DNA from: an archaeon BMS3Abin17
GTDB lineage: Archaea > Nanobdellota > Nanobdellia > Pacearchaeales > GW2011-AR1
NCBI GenBank assembly: GCA_002897655.1
Contig: BDTJ01000038.1
Location: 66,689-130,688 of the forward strand
DNA: 64,000 bases
Direction of reading: 5' to 3'
Part shown: positions 25,865 to 36,282 of the stretch, piece by piece
Layout: each line of letters starts with the position of its first letter
How positions within the stretch are numbered: position 1 is the first letter of the stretch
The notes under the pieces: model-generated
What the model saw: only the letters and a program-made list of their open reading frames with translations
Told to the model about the DNA's origin: nothing
Databases searched by the model: none
Translations under genes and position numbers: made by a program

Positions 25865-26764
25865 ATGCAACAAGAAAACAAAACAGAATCAGGAAAGAAC
25901 TGGCATGACAAGTATTACATGATGTTATTATTAATACCCCTCTTACTTTTGGCTTTCTCCCTTGTTTATCTGTATAATTTTTATCAGGTTAATGATAAAA
26001 ATATAATGTATAAGGATGTATCTCTAACAGGTGGAACAGCTGTAACAATCTATGAAAAGATTAATATTGATGATTTAGAATCTTCCCTTTCAGATAAACT
26101 TGAAGAAATGAATATAAGGGAAGTTTATGATTTGGTAACTAAAGAGCAAAAAGCAGTTATTATTGAGACTAAAACAAAGGGAAATGAAGCAAAACAAATC
26201 TTAGAAGAGTATCTTGGTTATGAGCTGGTTGCAGGTGAAAATAGCGATTTTGAGTTTACAGGCTCAACACTTAGTGAGAATTTCTATAAACAGCTTTTAA
26301 TTTCAATTTTATTTGCTTTTGTTTTTATGGCAATTGTTGTTTTTATTCTCTTTAGAACAATTGTGCCTTCTAGTGCAGTTATTCTCTCTGCTTTTGCAGA
26401 TATTGTAATGACTCTTGCACTTGTGAATATTTTAGGCATGAAGATGTCAAGCGCCGGAATTGTGGCATTTTTAATGTTAATTGGTTATTCTGTTGATACA
26501 GATATCTTGCTTACCACGAGGGTTCTTAAAAGACAAGAGGGTTCTTTAAATGAAAGAATTTTCGGAGCATTTAAAACAGGGTTAACAATGACCTTAACCT
26601 CTTTATTGGCTATAATTTTTGCATTATTTGTTGTAAAATCTTTTTCAATTGTTTTAACACAGATTTTTACAATTCTTGCAATAGGACTAGGATTTGATAT
26701 TTTTAATACCTGGATAACCAATGTTTCAATACTTAAATGGTATATGGAGAAAAAAACACAATGA
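25865..26764 (+). CDS. secF: Protein-export membrane protein SecF (archaeal)
   Basis: 299 aa; N-terminal TM, periplasmic domain, C-terminal 5-TM bundle with GYSVDTDILL motif of the SecD/SecF family; precedes secD. Confidence 0.75.
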   Translation: MQQENKTESGKNWHDKYYMMLLLIPLLLLAFSLVYLYNFYQVNDKNIMYKDVSLTGGTAVTIYEKINIDDLESSLSDKLEEMNIREVYDLVTKEQKAVIIETKTKGNEAKQILEEYLGYELVAGENSDFEFTGSTLSENFYKQLLISILFAFVFMAIVVFILFRTIVPSSAVILSAFADIVMTLALVNILGMKMSSAGIVAFLMLIGYSVDTDILLTTRVLKRQEGSLNERIFGAFKTGLTMTLTSLLAIIFALFVVKSFSIVLTQIFTILAIGLGFDIFNTWITNVSILKWYMEKKTQ

Positions 26765-26876
26765 AAATCATAGATTTTCAAGCACTAAAAAATCAGAGAT
26801 TTTTGGTGCCCCAAAATTCCAGAAGAATTTTTAGGGCATTTAAATCACAGAATAAATTGGAAGAAATTTAAACACA

Positions 26877-28403
26877 ATGAAACTAAAATTTACCTTCAAA
26901 ATCTGGATATTAATTATTGTATTGGCTTTTTCATTATTAGCAATTTTTGGGATGCCCCCAACATTTATTAAATCAGGGGTTTTAATTACAAGTATTGATT
27001 CTAATTCAACTGCATTTGAGCAGGGATTAAGACAGGGGCAGATAATCACAGAAATTGATGGGCAGAAGATAATTAGTTTAGAAGATTTTTCAAATGCACT
27101 TCAGGGAAAATACGATTCTAACGAGAGTGTAAAGACAATAATTAAAACAGAAAACTCAGGGGTAATTCTTTTTTCTGACCAGCCACCCGAAATAACTGTA
27201 TCAGAGATTCCTAAGACTCAGATTAATCTTGGTTTAGATTTGTCAGGGGGGGCAAGAGCATTAGTTCAGGCAAAAGACAAAAAACTTTCTTCAGCAGAGA
27301 TTAATGATCTGGTTGATATAACAAGCAACAGACTTAATGAGTTTGGGCTTACAGACCTGAAAGTTCTTCCTGTTTCAGATTTAGGCGGAGAACATTATAT
27401 GTTAATTGAGATTGCAGGAGCCACTCCAAAAGCTTTGGAAGAAATGATATCTAAGCAGGGAAAATTTGAGGCAAAAATTGGAAATGACACTGTATTTATT
27501 GGGGGAGAAAGGGATATAGCATCTGTTTGCAGGGGAGATGCAACATGTTCAAGAGTGGAAAGACCTGTCCAAATAGAAGGGGGATATGCTTCCAGGTTTC
27601 TTTTTAGCATAACCTTAAGTGCAGAAGCCGCACAAAGACACGCAGATATAACAAACAATCTAACTTTAAGTCTGAATAACTCAGAATATTTATCAAAAAA
27701 ACTAGACTTATATCTTGATGATAATCTTGTAGACAGCCTCTTTATTGGAAAAGGTCTTAAGGGAAGAATAACAACTCAGATTCAGATTTCAGGGTCTGGA
27801 ACAGGTGAAACAGGTGAGGACGCAGTAGGTGCTGCACAAGAATCAATGCATAAATTACAAACAATTCTTATAACAGGAAGTCTTCCTTATCAGCTTGAGA
27901 TTGTTAAACTAGACACTATATCTCCAATATTAGGTGATGAGTTTATAAAATCTATATTTATGGCAGGTATTGCCGCACTTCTTGCTGTCTCTATAGTAAT
28001 CTTTATCAGATACAAGAAGTTCAAGTCTTCGCTTGCATTATTAATCACAAGCATCTCTGAGATCATTATAATCTTAGGAGTTGCGTCTTTTATAAGATGG
28101 GATTTAGATTTGCCAAGTATAGCAGGGATTCTGGCAACAATTGGGACAGGTATAGACCAGCAGATTATCATACTTGATGAGGCAAGACAAGACAAGTATT
28201 TGAGTATAAAACAAAGAATGAAAAGAGCATTTGCTATTATTTTAGGAGCATATTTCACAGCTCTTGTGGCGTTAATTCCACTGTATTGGGCAGGAGCAGG
28301 TTTATTAAAAGGATTTGCTGTGACAACTATTATCGGAATTACTGCAGGTGTTTTAATTACAAGACCTGCTTTCACAGACATGGTAAAGAAGATTGAGGAT
28401 TAA
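26877..28403 (+). CDS. secD: Protein-export membrane protein SecD (archaeal)
   Basis: 508 aa; hallmark [14 protein letters not shown] motif, large extracytoplasmic domain, C-terminal 6 TM. Confidence 0.8.
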   Translation: MKLKFTFKIWILIIVLAFSLLAIFGMPPTFIKSGVLITSIDSNSTAFEQGLRQGQIITEIDGQKIISLEDFSNALQGKYDSNESVKTIIKTENSGVILFSDQPPEITVSEIPKTQINLGLDLSGGARALVQAKDKKLSSAEINDLVDITSNRLNEFGLTDLKVLPVSDLGGEHYMLIEIAGATPKALEEMISKQGKFEAKIGNDTVFIGGERDIASVCRGDATCSRVERPVQIEGGYASRFLFSITLSAEAAQRHADITNNLTLSLNNSEYLSKKLDLYLDDNLVDSLFIGKGLKGRITTQIQISGSGTGETGEDAVGAAQESMHKLQTILITGSLPYQLEIVKLDTISPILGDEFIKSIFMAGIAALLAVSIVIFIRYKKFKSSLALLITSISEIIIILGVASFIRWDLDLPSIAGILATIGTGIDQQIIILDEARQDKYLSIKQRMKRAFAIILGAYFTALVALIPLYWAGAGLLKGFAVTTIIGITAGVLITRPAFTDMVKKIED

Positions 28404-28407
28404 AACA

Positions 28408-29343
28408 ATGAAAAGAATATTAGTAACAGGCGGGGCAGGATTTATAGGGAGTCATTTGTGTAAAAAATTATTAGAAAAGGGAGATGATGTGCTTTGTGTT
28501 GATAATTTCTTTACAGGCACTAAAAAAAATATCGTTGATTTAATGGATAATAAGAGATTTGAGCTAATGAGGCATGATGTTACTTTTCCTCTTTATGTTG
28601 AAGTAGACCAGATATATAATCTGGCTTGTCCTGCATCCCCAGTTCATTATCAATTTGATCCTGTTCAGACAACAAAAACATCTGTACATGGTTCAATTAA
28701 TATGTTAGGACTGGCAAAAAGAACAAAGGCAAGAATCTTACAAGCATCAACCTCTGAGGTATATGGAGACCCGGAAGTTCATCCTCAACCAGAATCTTAT
28801 TTAGGAAAAGTTAATCCTATTGGACCTCGTTCTTGTTATGATGAAGGTAAAAGATGTGCTGAAACATTATTTTTTGATTATCTGAGGCAGCATAATGCTG
28901 ATATAAAAGTTGTTAGAATCTTTAATACTTATGGTCCAAATATGCACCCTGATGATGGAAGAGTTGTTTCTAATTTTATTGTTCAGGCATTGCAAGATAA
29001 AGATATAACAATTTATGGGGGCGGGTCTCAGACAAGAAGTTTTCAGTATATAGATGATTTAGTTGAAGGCATGTTTAGGATGATGAACAGTGAAAAAGGA
29101 TTTACAGGACCTGTTAATCTTGGAAATCCTATAGAGTTTACTATCAAGGGGTTGGCTGAGAATGTATTAGAACTAATCCCTGAATCTAAAAGTAAATTAG
29201 TTTATAGACCACTCCCAGAAGATGATCCTCGGCAAAGGCAACCAGAGATTTCTCTAGCAAGAGAGATGCTGGGCTGGGAACCAACAATCCAATTAGAAGA
29301 AGGATTAAAAAAGACAATAGCTTATTTCAAGAGTATTCAATAA
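28408..29343 (+). CDS. UDP-glucuronate decarboxylase / UDP-xylose synthase-like SDR
   Basis: Start trimmed to [17 protein letters not shown] (Rossmann GxxGxxG); YxxxK context SCYDEGKR, pattern typical of UXS1/ArnA decarboxylase domain. Confidence 0.8.
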   Translation: MKRILVTGGAGFIGSHLCKKLLEKGDDVLCVDNFFTGTKKNIVDLMDNKRFELMRHDVTFPLYVEVDQIYNLACPASPVHYQFDPVQTTKTSVHGSINMLGLAKRTKARILQASTSEVYGDPEVHPQPESYLGKVNPIGPRSCYDEGKRCAETLFFDYLRQHNADIKVVRIFNTYGPNMHPDDGRVVSNFIVQALQDKDITIYGGGSQTRSFQYIDDLVEGMFRMMNSEKGFTGPVNLGNPIEFTIKGLAENVLELIPESKSKLVYRPLPEDDPRQRQPEISLAREMLGWEPTIQLEEGLKKTIAYFKSIQ

Positions 29344-29363
29344 AAATTTAAAAAAGAGGCAAC

Positions 29364-29834
29364 ATGTACCCAAAAATACATATTATTTATGGAGCAATCT
29401 TTTCTTTATTACTCTTAGTGATTTATCCCCCAATAGGATTAATAGGATTTTCATTGATATTTCTCTCAAGTTTTTTAATAGATACAGATCATTATCTTTA
29501 TTATGTATTCAGGAAAAAAGACTGGAATCTAAAACATGCTTATTCTTGGTTTGTTAAAGGGGATAAGATGATGAAGGCTTTAAAACAGAATAAGAGAATT
29601 AATTTTTATACTGGTTTTTATTTTTTTCACGGGCTTGAGACATTTTTTCTCTTAATTCTACTTTCAGTATTTGTATCAAAATATTTCTTTCTTATGCTTA
29701 TTGGAGTATCTTTTCATTTAATTTTAGATATGGTTGATGAAATAAAACGTAAAAAAGGTAGAATAGATAAGATCTCTATTATCTATGATTATTTTAGATT
29801 TAAGAAATTAAAACTAATTCAAGATGAAAAATAA
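29364..29834 (+). CDS. Integral membrane protein, hypothetical
   Basis: 156 aa, 4 predicted TM helices. Confidence 0.4.
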   Translation: MYPKIHIIYGAIFSLLLLVIYPPIGLIGFSLIFLSSFLIDTDHYLYYVFRKKDWNLKHAYSWFVKGDKMMKALKQNKRINFYTGFYFFHGLETFFLLILLSVFVSKYFFLMLIGVSFHLILDMVDEIKRKKGRIDKISIIYDYFRFKKLKLIQDEK

Positions 29835-30729
29835 ATTAACAAGGATTGTTAAGAGCATCAGAAAAAATGGTTTTTTACATTTTTTTAAGTTACTAAAATT
29901 TCATTTTATTACAATTATATATTTTAAGACTGAATATCTTAAAACTTTGCTAAAAAATAACTTTACATCCGAGAAGATAGTTCTTTTCTATCCAGATAAA
30001 CCTTCTCATAGACATGTTATCTGGAAATTGTGTAATATGATTGGATATAAAATAATAAATAATCTTTCAAAAAAGTTTTCTTTTGCTATAAACTGGCAGG
30101 ATAAAACATTCAAGACACCCGATGAGAAAATTAAAGAGGTTAATAAAAAAATACCTGTATTGAACATAAACTGCAATGACATAAGTAAGCAAAATATCGG
30201 AGTAGTTTTTAAGAAGATTTTTGGATATTCACTTGATATTAACCCAAAAAAATATGGAGGAAAATGTGTCAGAAAACCAAACTTAAATGCAAGCGGGATT
30301 GGGCATGTAATTAATTGTCCTTCTAAAAAAGAAAAGGGATTTGCTTATGAGAAATTAATCAATACAAAAAATAATGAGGGTCTTTTAGTGGATTTCAGGG
30401 TTCCAATCTTTAAAGATATAATCCCTTGTGTTCAGCTGAGGTATAAATCTCCCAACCCCATATTTATAGATAGTTTAAAGAAAATAGAGATTAAAGAAAG
30501 TAAAGAGATATTTTCAAAATCAGAATTAAAGAAGATTTTTCTATTTTGTAAAAGATTGGGGATGGACTATGGGGAGTTGGATATACTAAGAGATAAGGAT
30601 AATAACAAAATATATATTGTTGATGCAAACACCACTCCATTTGGACCCCATGGCCTTCCGAGGAAGATAACTAAAGAGATATTGAAAAAATCTAGTATTG
30701 CTTTTGCAGAAATGATAAAGAATAATTAA
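29824..30729 (+). CDS. ATP-grasp domain protein
   Basis: 301 aa; KCVRKPNLNASGIGHVI (ATP-binding strand) and MDYGELDILRDKDNNKIYIVDANTTPFGP (C-terminal ATP-grasp motif). Confidence 0.5.
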   Translation: MKNKLTRIVKSIRKNGFLHFFKLLKFHFITIIYFKTEYLKTLLKNNFTSEKIVLFYPDKPSHRHVIWKLCNMIGYKIINNLSKKFSFAINWQDKTFKTPDEKIKEVNKKIPVLNINCNDISKQNIGVVFKKIFGYSLDINPKKYGGKCVRKPNLNASGIGHVINCPSKKEKGFAYEKLINTKNNEGLLVDFRVPIFKDIIPCVQLRYKSPNPIFIDSLKKIEIKESKEIFSKSELKKIFLFCKRLGMDYGELDILRDKDNNKIYIVDANTTPFGPHGLPRKITKEILKKSSIAFAEMIKNN

Positions 30730-31451
30730 TCTTTTCTTTTTATTTCCCCATAAAATCTTTTTATTGCCTGAACCGGGAAAACAATAGCATTTATCAAAAC
30801 AAGATATGGAAGAAGATTAAGAATCCCAAAAAAGAAGATACTATTGAATGTCATAATCCTAAAAAATTGCCATAACTCATCCATGATTGGGTTTTTTCTT
30901 CTGTCTTGAGACTTGAAATTTTTCTGCATCTTTTTCAGTTTAGAGAACTCTTTTTTATCAATATACATTTCATATTTCTTTAATTTTAGGAAATTATTAA
31001 TCATCATAGAATACATTCCAATAAAACCAACTATTAAGAAAAAGATATCTGGAAAAGGGGTCGGGTTGTTGATATATACTCCAATAGCAATTCCCATAAT
31101 AATTAAAGGGTTTATTATGATATGACCTATATAATCAAGATAAAGGCCTTTTTCAGAGTATAATTTTTTATATCTTGCAATCTCCCCATCACAACCATCT
31201 AAAAGGAGATGTATGTGATAGACAAGAACTCCTAGAAGAATATACCCATATCTGCCTGTCATAAAAAGAAAAGCAGATACAATTCCTAAGAAAAGCATGA
31301 CAACAGTTACCTGATTAGGAGTTATTGAAGGGCGAATCTTCAAAAGAAACCACGTAATTCTTATAGTAATCTTTCTTGCAAGTTTTTCTCTCCAAGGCTC
31401 TGTTTTAGCTGGTCTCCCGCAGACATCTTGTATTTCTTTTACTGAAGGCAT
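30726..31451 (-). CDS. CDP-alcohol phosphatidyltransferase family membrane protein
   Basis: 241 aa; signature D-G-x2-A-R-x8-G-x3-D-x3-D present as LLDGCDGEIARYKKLYSEKGLYLDYIGH; multiple TM. Confidence 0.75.
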   Translation of the reverse strand: MPSVKEIQDVCGRPAKTEPWREKLARKITIRITWFLLKIRPSITPNQVTVVMLFLGIVSAFLFMTGRYGYILLGVLVYHIHLLLDGCDGEIARYKKLYSEKGLYLDYIGHIIINPLIIMGIAIGVYINNPTPFPDIFFLIVGFIGMYSMMINNFLKLKKYEMYIDKKEFSKLKKMQKNFKSQDRRKNPIMDELWQFFRIMTFNSIFFFGILNLLPYLVLINAIVFPVQAIKRFYGEIKRKD

Positions 31452-31556
31452 ACTTAATTTTAGAAAAACTTATTTTTAAACTCTTCTAATGATTTGACAA
31501 TACACCCAATATTGCAACTACATTAGTTTTATAAATAACCCATCTTAAATTACTCT

Positions 31557-32288
31557 ATGAAAGCAGTAATTTTGGCAGCAGGTTATAACAGGAGATTAAA
31601 AAATATTATTGATATCCCTAAAACTCTATTAAAAGTGGGAGATACAACAATCCTTGAAAGACAGATTAATGCTTTAGTAGAGTCTGGTTTAAAAAAAGAA
31701 GATATCTTTGTTGTCTCAGGGTATAAACGTGAGATGATTGAAAAGGTTCATAATAATATCATAATTAATGAGAAATATATTGAATATGATAATGCTTACA
31801 GTGTTTATCTTGCATTAAAGTATCTTTTAGAGGATTTAAACACAAAAGAAGAAATCCTGATTTTTGATGGGGATTTAATATATGATGTTGAATTAATAAA
31901 GCCATTAATTGAATCTGAAAAAGAAGATATTTTTGTCACAAGAGAGACTCCTTATTCTTCAAGCATTAAAGATGAGACTATGATAGTCAATCAAGATAAT
32001 GAAATTATGCAGATGATTATACCTTCAGAGGAGACCCCTCTTGATAAATATAAGGATGAAAAATTATTTGTGTATACAGGAATCTTAAAATTATCAGAAG
32101 GAAAAGCAAATGAACTTAAGAGGGTATTAGAAAACCCTGAACTCTGGAAAACATGGTATACAATTCCATTACCAAATATTGTAAACAAGGGAGGATTCTA
32201 TAACCTTCCAATAAGGGAAAATATAAAATTTTGCTTTGATATAGATGATAAAAAAGACCTTGAAAAGCTTAGAAACCTAAAAATTTAA
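31557..32288 (+). CDS. Sugar/alcohol-phosphate nucleotidyltransferase (LicC/MobA-like GT-A fold)
   Basis: 243 aa; MKAVILAAGYNRRL...LLKVGDTTILERQI NTP-transferase N-terminus. Confidence 0.65.
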   Translation: MKAVILAAGYNRRLKNIIDIPKTLLKVGDTTILERQINALVESGLKKEDIFVVSGYKREMIEKVHNNIIINEKYIEYDNAYSVYLALKYLLEDLNTKEEILIFDGDLIYDVELIKPLIESEKEDIFVTRETPYSSSIKDETMIVNQDNEIMQMIIPSEETPLDKYKDEKLFVYTGILKLSEGKANELKRVLENPELWKTWYTIPLPNIVNKGGFYNLPIRENIKFCFDIDDKKDLEKLRNLKI

Positions 32289-32340
32289 TCATATCCTTTA
32301 ACTACATAATTCTTATAAATGTTTCAAATTTCATTTTTTA

Positions 32341-34164
32341 ATGAAAGCCATTATCCTTGCAGGTAAAAAAGACCTTAATATAACCCAAGATATGCCAAAA
32401 GAATTACTAAAAGTAGGGAATATTACGATTTTAGAAAGACAAATTAGTATTCTTCTTGCATCTGGCCTTAAAAAACAAGACATACTTGTTGTTACAGGAT
32501 ATAAGCATGAGAGGATAGAAAAAATACACCCAAACACTGTTTTTAATGATAAATATTTAGAATATGGTAATGCTTACGGAGTTTATTTGGCTTTAAGTGG
32601 CTTAAGTGATAAATCAGGGGGAACAATTAATGAGGATCTTCTTATTCTTGATGGAGATCTTGTATATGATGCAGATTTAATCAATCAAATAATAAATTCG
32701 GATAAGGAAAACCTGCTTGTAACAAAACCTGTAGAATATTTAGCTAAGATTAAAGATGAAATCATTATTTCTGAAAAGAATACTAACCTAATAACAAATA
32801 TGATAATCCTCCAAAAAGGAGAAAAACTTCCTGAAAAATACAAATGCGAGAAATTACATACCTACTTGGGAATAATCAAACTATCTTCAGGAACTGCCTT
32901 TAATTTTAGAAATATCTTTACTAATCAATCTTTTTTTGATGGGTGGTATACTATCCCACTTCTTGAAATAATGAAAAAAGAAGCTTTCTATAACTTGTCT
33001 ATTCCACAGGATTTGAGATTTACAGGAGTTGATACTTTAAATGATTACAATAAAGTTGTTAAAATGTTTGTTGCAGGGCCTGTAAACGTATCACAAAAAG
33101 TAAAAGATTCTACAATTTACCTTGAAATTGGGCATAGGGAACCAGAATTCATGGATTTATTCAAGGAATTAAGAAGAAAGCTTTTGTATTCTTTTGGAGT
33201 AAGCTCTCACTCAGACAAATATGAAACAATTATTTGTGGTGGATCTGGGACCTCTGCAATGGAGATGACACTATCTTCTGTTTTACATTCAAATAAGAAA
33301 ACATTAGTCATCACTAATGGGAGTTTTGGAGAAAGGATTGTGGAAATATGCAATCTGTACAACATTCCAACAATCCATTTCAAGTATGAATGGGGGGAAT
33401 ATCCAAATATTAATGAAATCAATAACAAACTTAAACAAAATCAAGATATAGAATCAGTTGCAATGGTTTTAATGGAGACAAGCACAGGAATGTTAAATCC
33501 AGTAAATGAGATTGGAAAATTGTGTAGAGAACATGAAAAGATATTTATTGTTGATGCAATAAGTGCACTTTGGGGAGAGAAACTTAATGTGATAGAGGAT
33601 AATATTGATTACTGTGTAACTAATACTAACAAGTGTTTGGGTGGTCTTCCTGTTTTAGGGATAATTTGTTATAAGAAATCCTCTCTTGAAAAAGTTAAAA
33701 ATATCTCTCCGCGTTCTTATTCTTTGGATTTAATCAAACATGCCAAGTATGCAGAGAAGGATCAAACCCCATTTACTCCCATGATTCCTTTATTTTATAT
33801 GTTAAATCAGGCACTTGATGAATTAATTGAAGAAGGGATAGAGAATAGAATTCAGAGATATAAAAGAAATGGAGACCTATTAAAAAGTGAACTGAAAGAG
33901 ATAGGGCTAAGTTTCCATCTAAAAAAAGAGGAAATGTCCAATCTCATGGTTAATATTTTAGTTCCTGAAAATCTGACATATAATGATATACATAGCAAAA
34001 TGAAAGAAAGAGGTTATGTTTTTTATCCAGGAAAAGGCCCGCTTGAGGGAAGGACAATACACCTTGCAAATATAGGGACCCTTACAGAGCAGGATATTCT
34101 TCTGTTTTGCAAAGATTTAAAAGAAGTTTTATCTGAATTAAATAAAACTCCTGATGATATTTAA
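32341..34164 (+). CDS. Bifunctional nucleotidyltransferase (N) / class-V (PhnW-like) aminotransferase (C) fusion
   Basis: 607 aa; N-terminal 240 aa paralogous to 31557..32288; C-terminal domain has aminotransferase class V layout (GGSGTSAMEM..., PLP-lysine region NTNKCLGG). Confidence 0.65.
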   Translation: MKAIILAGKKDLNITQDMPKELLKVGNITILERQISILLASGLKKQDILVVTGYKHERIEKIHPNTVFNDKYLEYGNAYGVYLALSGLSDKSGGTINEDLLILDGDLVYDADLINQIINSDKENLLVTKPVEYLAKIKDEIIISEKNTNLITNMIILQKGEKLPEKYKCEKLHTYLGIIKLSSGTAFNFRNIFTNQSFFDGWYTIPLLEIMKKEAFYNLSIPQDLRFTGVDTLNDYNKVVKMFVAGPVNVSQKVKDSTIYLEIGHREPEFMDLFKELRRKLLYSFGVSSHSDKYETIICGGSGTSAMEMTLSSVLHSNKKTLVITNGSFGERIVEICNLYNIPTIHFKYEWGEYPNINEINNKLKQNQDIESVAMVLMETSTGMLNPVNEIGKLCREHEKIFIVDAISALWGEKLNVIEDNIDYCVTNTNKCLGGLPVLGIICYKKSSLEKVKNISPRSYSLDLIKHAKYAEKDQTPFTPMIPLFYMLNQALDELIEEGIENRIQRYKRNGDLLKSELKEIGLSFHLKKEEMSNLMVNILVPENLTYNDIHSKMKERGYVFYPGKGPLEGRTIHLANIGTLTEQDILLFCKDLKEVLSELNKTPDDI

Positions 34165-34244
34165 AAATAAAATGAGATTAATAATTCTCAACATAAATAC
34201 CATTTTAGAAAAATAATAATTTGGATTTAATATTGAATCATTAC

Positions 34245-35369
34245 TTATTTGTATTCAGGATACATCTTTGTTATAGATTCTTCGTTAGGTTCGCAAATCC
34301 CTTTCTCAGTGATTAGTCCAGTCACCAACCTTGCTGGAGTAACATCAAAAGCATAATTTGTAGCAAGACTATTCTTAGGAGTTAAAAGTACTTTCTTGAC
34401 CGAACCTTCACATAAACCTTGGATATATTTTACTTCATCTGTCTCTCTTTCTTCAATTGGAATCTCTTTAATACCATCTTTCATTGTCCAGTCAAATGTG
34501 GATGGAAGTAATCCAACATAAAAAGGGATATTGTTGTCTTTTGCAGCTAATGCTTTTAGATATGTTCCAATTTTATTTGCAACATCCCCTGTACGTGTTG
34601 TCCTATCACTTCCTACAAGGACCATATCCACCAGACCATGCTGCATCAGATGTCCTCCAACATTATCTGCAATCACATGATGCGGTATATTTTCCCATCC
34701 TAATTCCCATGCTGTTAATCTAGCGCCCTGATTCCTTGGTCTTGTTTCATCTACCCAAACATGAACTTTAATACCTTTTTTTACAGCTTCATATATTGGT
34801 GCGGTTGCAGAACCATAATCAACAGCAGATAACCAACCTGCATTACAATGTGTCAATATATTTACAGGTTCACCCCCTTTCTTTTTGCTTATTTGTTCAA
34901 TTATTTTTGAGCCATGTACCCCAATAAGTCTGCAATATTCTGCACCTTCGTCTGTAATTTCTTTTGCGGTTTTCAATGCTATGGAAATTTTTTCTTCTGG
35001 AGAAATTTTCTTTTTTATTGTAGCTAACTGCCTTTTAACAGAACATGCAAGATCTGCCGCAGTTGGTCTTGTTGCTTTAAGCTTTTCTCCAGCCTTTATT
35101 AAGAAATCATCAAAAGAATCATCCTTTGGTGCTTCTAAAGTAGCAAGATACATACCATAACCAGCAGTTGCTCCAATCAAACCAGCGCCTCTAACATGCA
35201 TCTCTTTTATTGCCCTAGCAACATCATCAACAGTTTTTAAAGATTCTATAATAAATTCATGTGGAAGGTTTCTCTGGTCAATTATCTGAATTATTTTTTC
35301 ATCCCCTTCTTTTACCCATATTGTACGATAATGTTTTCCATTGACTTTCATTTTAGTTCTCCTTACCAC
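34245..35369 (-). CDS. eIF2B-like/MtnA family sugar-phosphate isomerase (ribose-1,5-bisphosphate or methylthioribose-1-phosphate isomerase)
   Basis: 374 aa; ...VRGAGLIGATAGYGMYLA... and ...TRPRNQGARLTAWEL...VGSDRTTRTGDVANKIGTY motifs of eIF-2B alpha/beta/delta family. Confidence 0.7.
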   Translation of the reverse strand: MVRRTKMKVNGKHYRTIWVKEGDEKIIQIIDQRNLPHEFIIESLKTVDDVARAIKEMHVRGAGLIGATAGYGMYLATLEAPKDDSFDDFLIKAGEKLKATRPTAADLACSVKRQLATIKKKISPEEKISIALKTAKEITDEGAEYCRLIGVHGSKIIEQISKKKGGEPVNILTHCNAGWLSAVDYGSATAPIYEAVKKGIKVHVWVDETRPRNQGARLTAWELGWENIPHHVIADNVGGHLMQHGLVDMVLVGSDRTTRTGDVANKIGTYLKALAAKDNNIPFYVGLLPSTFDWTMKDGIKEIPIEERETDEVKYIQGLCEGSVKKVLLTPKNSLATNYAFDVTPARLVTGLITEKGICEPNEESITKMYPEYK

Positions 35370-35551
35370 AAAATTCTTTTGCAGTTATTTAAATATTGAA
35401 ATAACTCAAATAAATACTTTTCGATTTTTCAGGTAGCAACACCCCTATTAGCACTTTATGCACTTGGTTAATTTTTTAGTGGAAACAAAGATTATTTTTT
35501 TCTTCAACCTCCTAACCCAACATTTTTAAAGCTTTATTAATAATTAAACTG

Positions 35552-36238
35552 ATGATTGCGATGATTAAGAAGGCACTTAAAGGTTATCTATTCAACAAAA
35601 ATATAATTTTAACCAACTATAATTACCCAAATAAAAAAGAAAGATTCAATTTAATTAAAAGTTTGGGAAAAAGACTTTATTTAGAAGGAAACGAGGCTTA
35701 TCAACTATATACAATAGTAAGAAATATATGTAAAAAACAAAAGGGGGCGTTGGCAGAGGTAGGAATGTTCCTGGGAGGCTCTGGCAAACTAATCTGTGAA
35801 GCTAAAGGGAATAATCCTTTTTATGGGTTTGATACTTTCGAAGGCTTACCAAAACCCCAAGAAATAGATAGGTCAAAACACAAATGGGAGTGTGATTTTA
35901 TTGAAGGACAGTATAAGTCGGATTTTGAAGACGTCAAGAATTATCTTAAAGAATATAAAGATGTTAAGATATACAAAGGACTATTCCCAGATTCAGCAGA
36001 TAAAGAAGTTAAAAAACAAAAATTTATTTTTATTCATTTAGATGTAGATATCTACAGTTCTACAAAAGATTGTTTGGAGTTTTTTTATCCCAAGATGAAA
36101 AAAGGAGCAGTATTATTATCTCACGATTATTCAACATCAAAAGGGATAAGGAAAGCTTTTGATGAGTTTTTTAAAAATAAACCTGAAACAGTTATAGAAT
36201 TGTCAAACAAATCTCAGTGCATATTTATCAAACTTTAA
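35552..36238 (+). CDS. TylF/MycF-like class I SAM-dependent (sugar) O-methyltransferase
   Basis: 228 aa; EVGMFLGGSG...GFDTFEGLP...IHLDVDIYSSTKDCLEFFYPKMKKGAVLLSHDY matches macrocin-O-MT family pattern. Confidence 0.6.
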   Translation: MIAMIKKALKGYLFNKNIILTNYNYPNKKERFNLIKSLGKRLYLEGNEAYQLYTIVRNICKKQKGALAEVGMFLGGSGKLICEAKGNNPFYGFDTFEGLPKPQEIDRSKHKWECDFIEGQYKSDFEDVKNYLKEYKDVKIYKGLFPDSADKEVKKQKFIFIHLDVDIYSSTKDCLEFFYPKMKKGAVLLSHDYSTSKGIRKAFDEFFKNKPETVIELSNKSQCIFIKL

Positions 36239-36282
36239 AAGAGGAACCCTTCAATAGTTATTTAAACGAGTAAAATTTTTTC

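Noticed and set aside
26445-26470. gcgccgg motif inside secF that could be the missing 5-prime half of the tRNA at 25756-25852 (split tRNA)
   Set aside because: The downstream sequence does not form a D arm. The motif lies inside a well-supported CDS, and a local 5-prime half with one mismatch is the more economical explanation.
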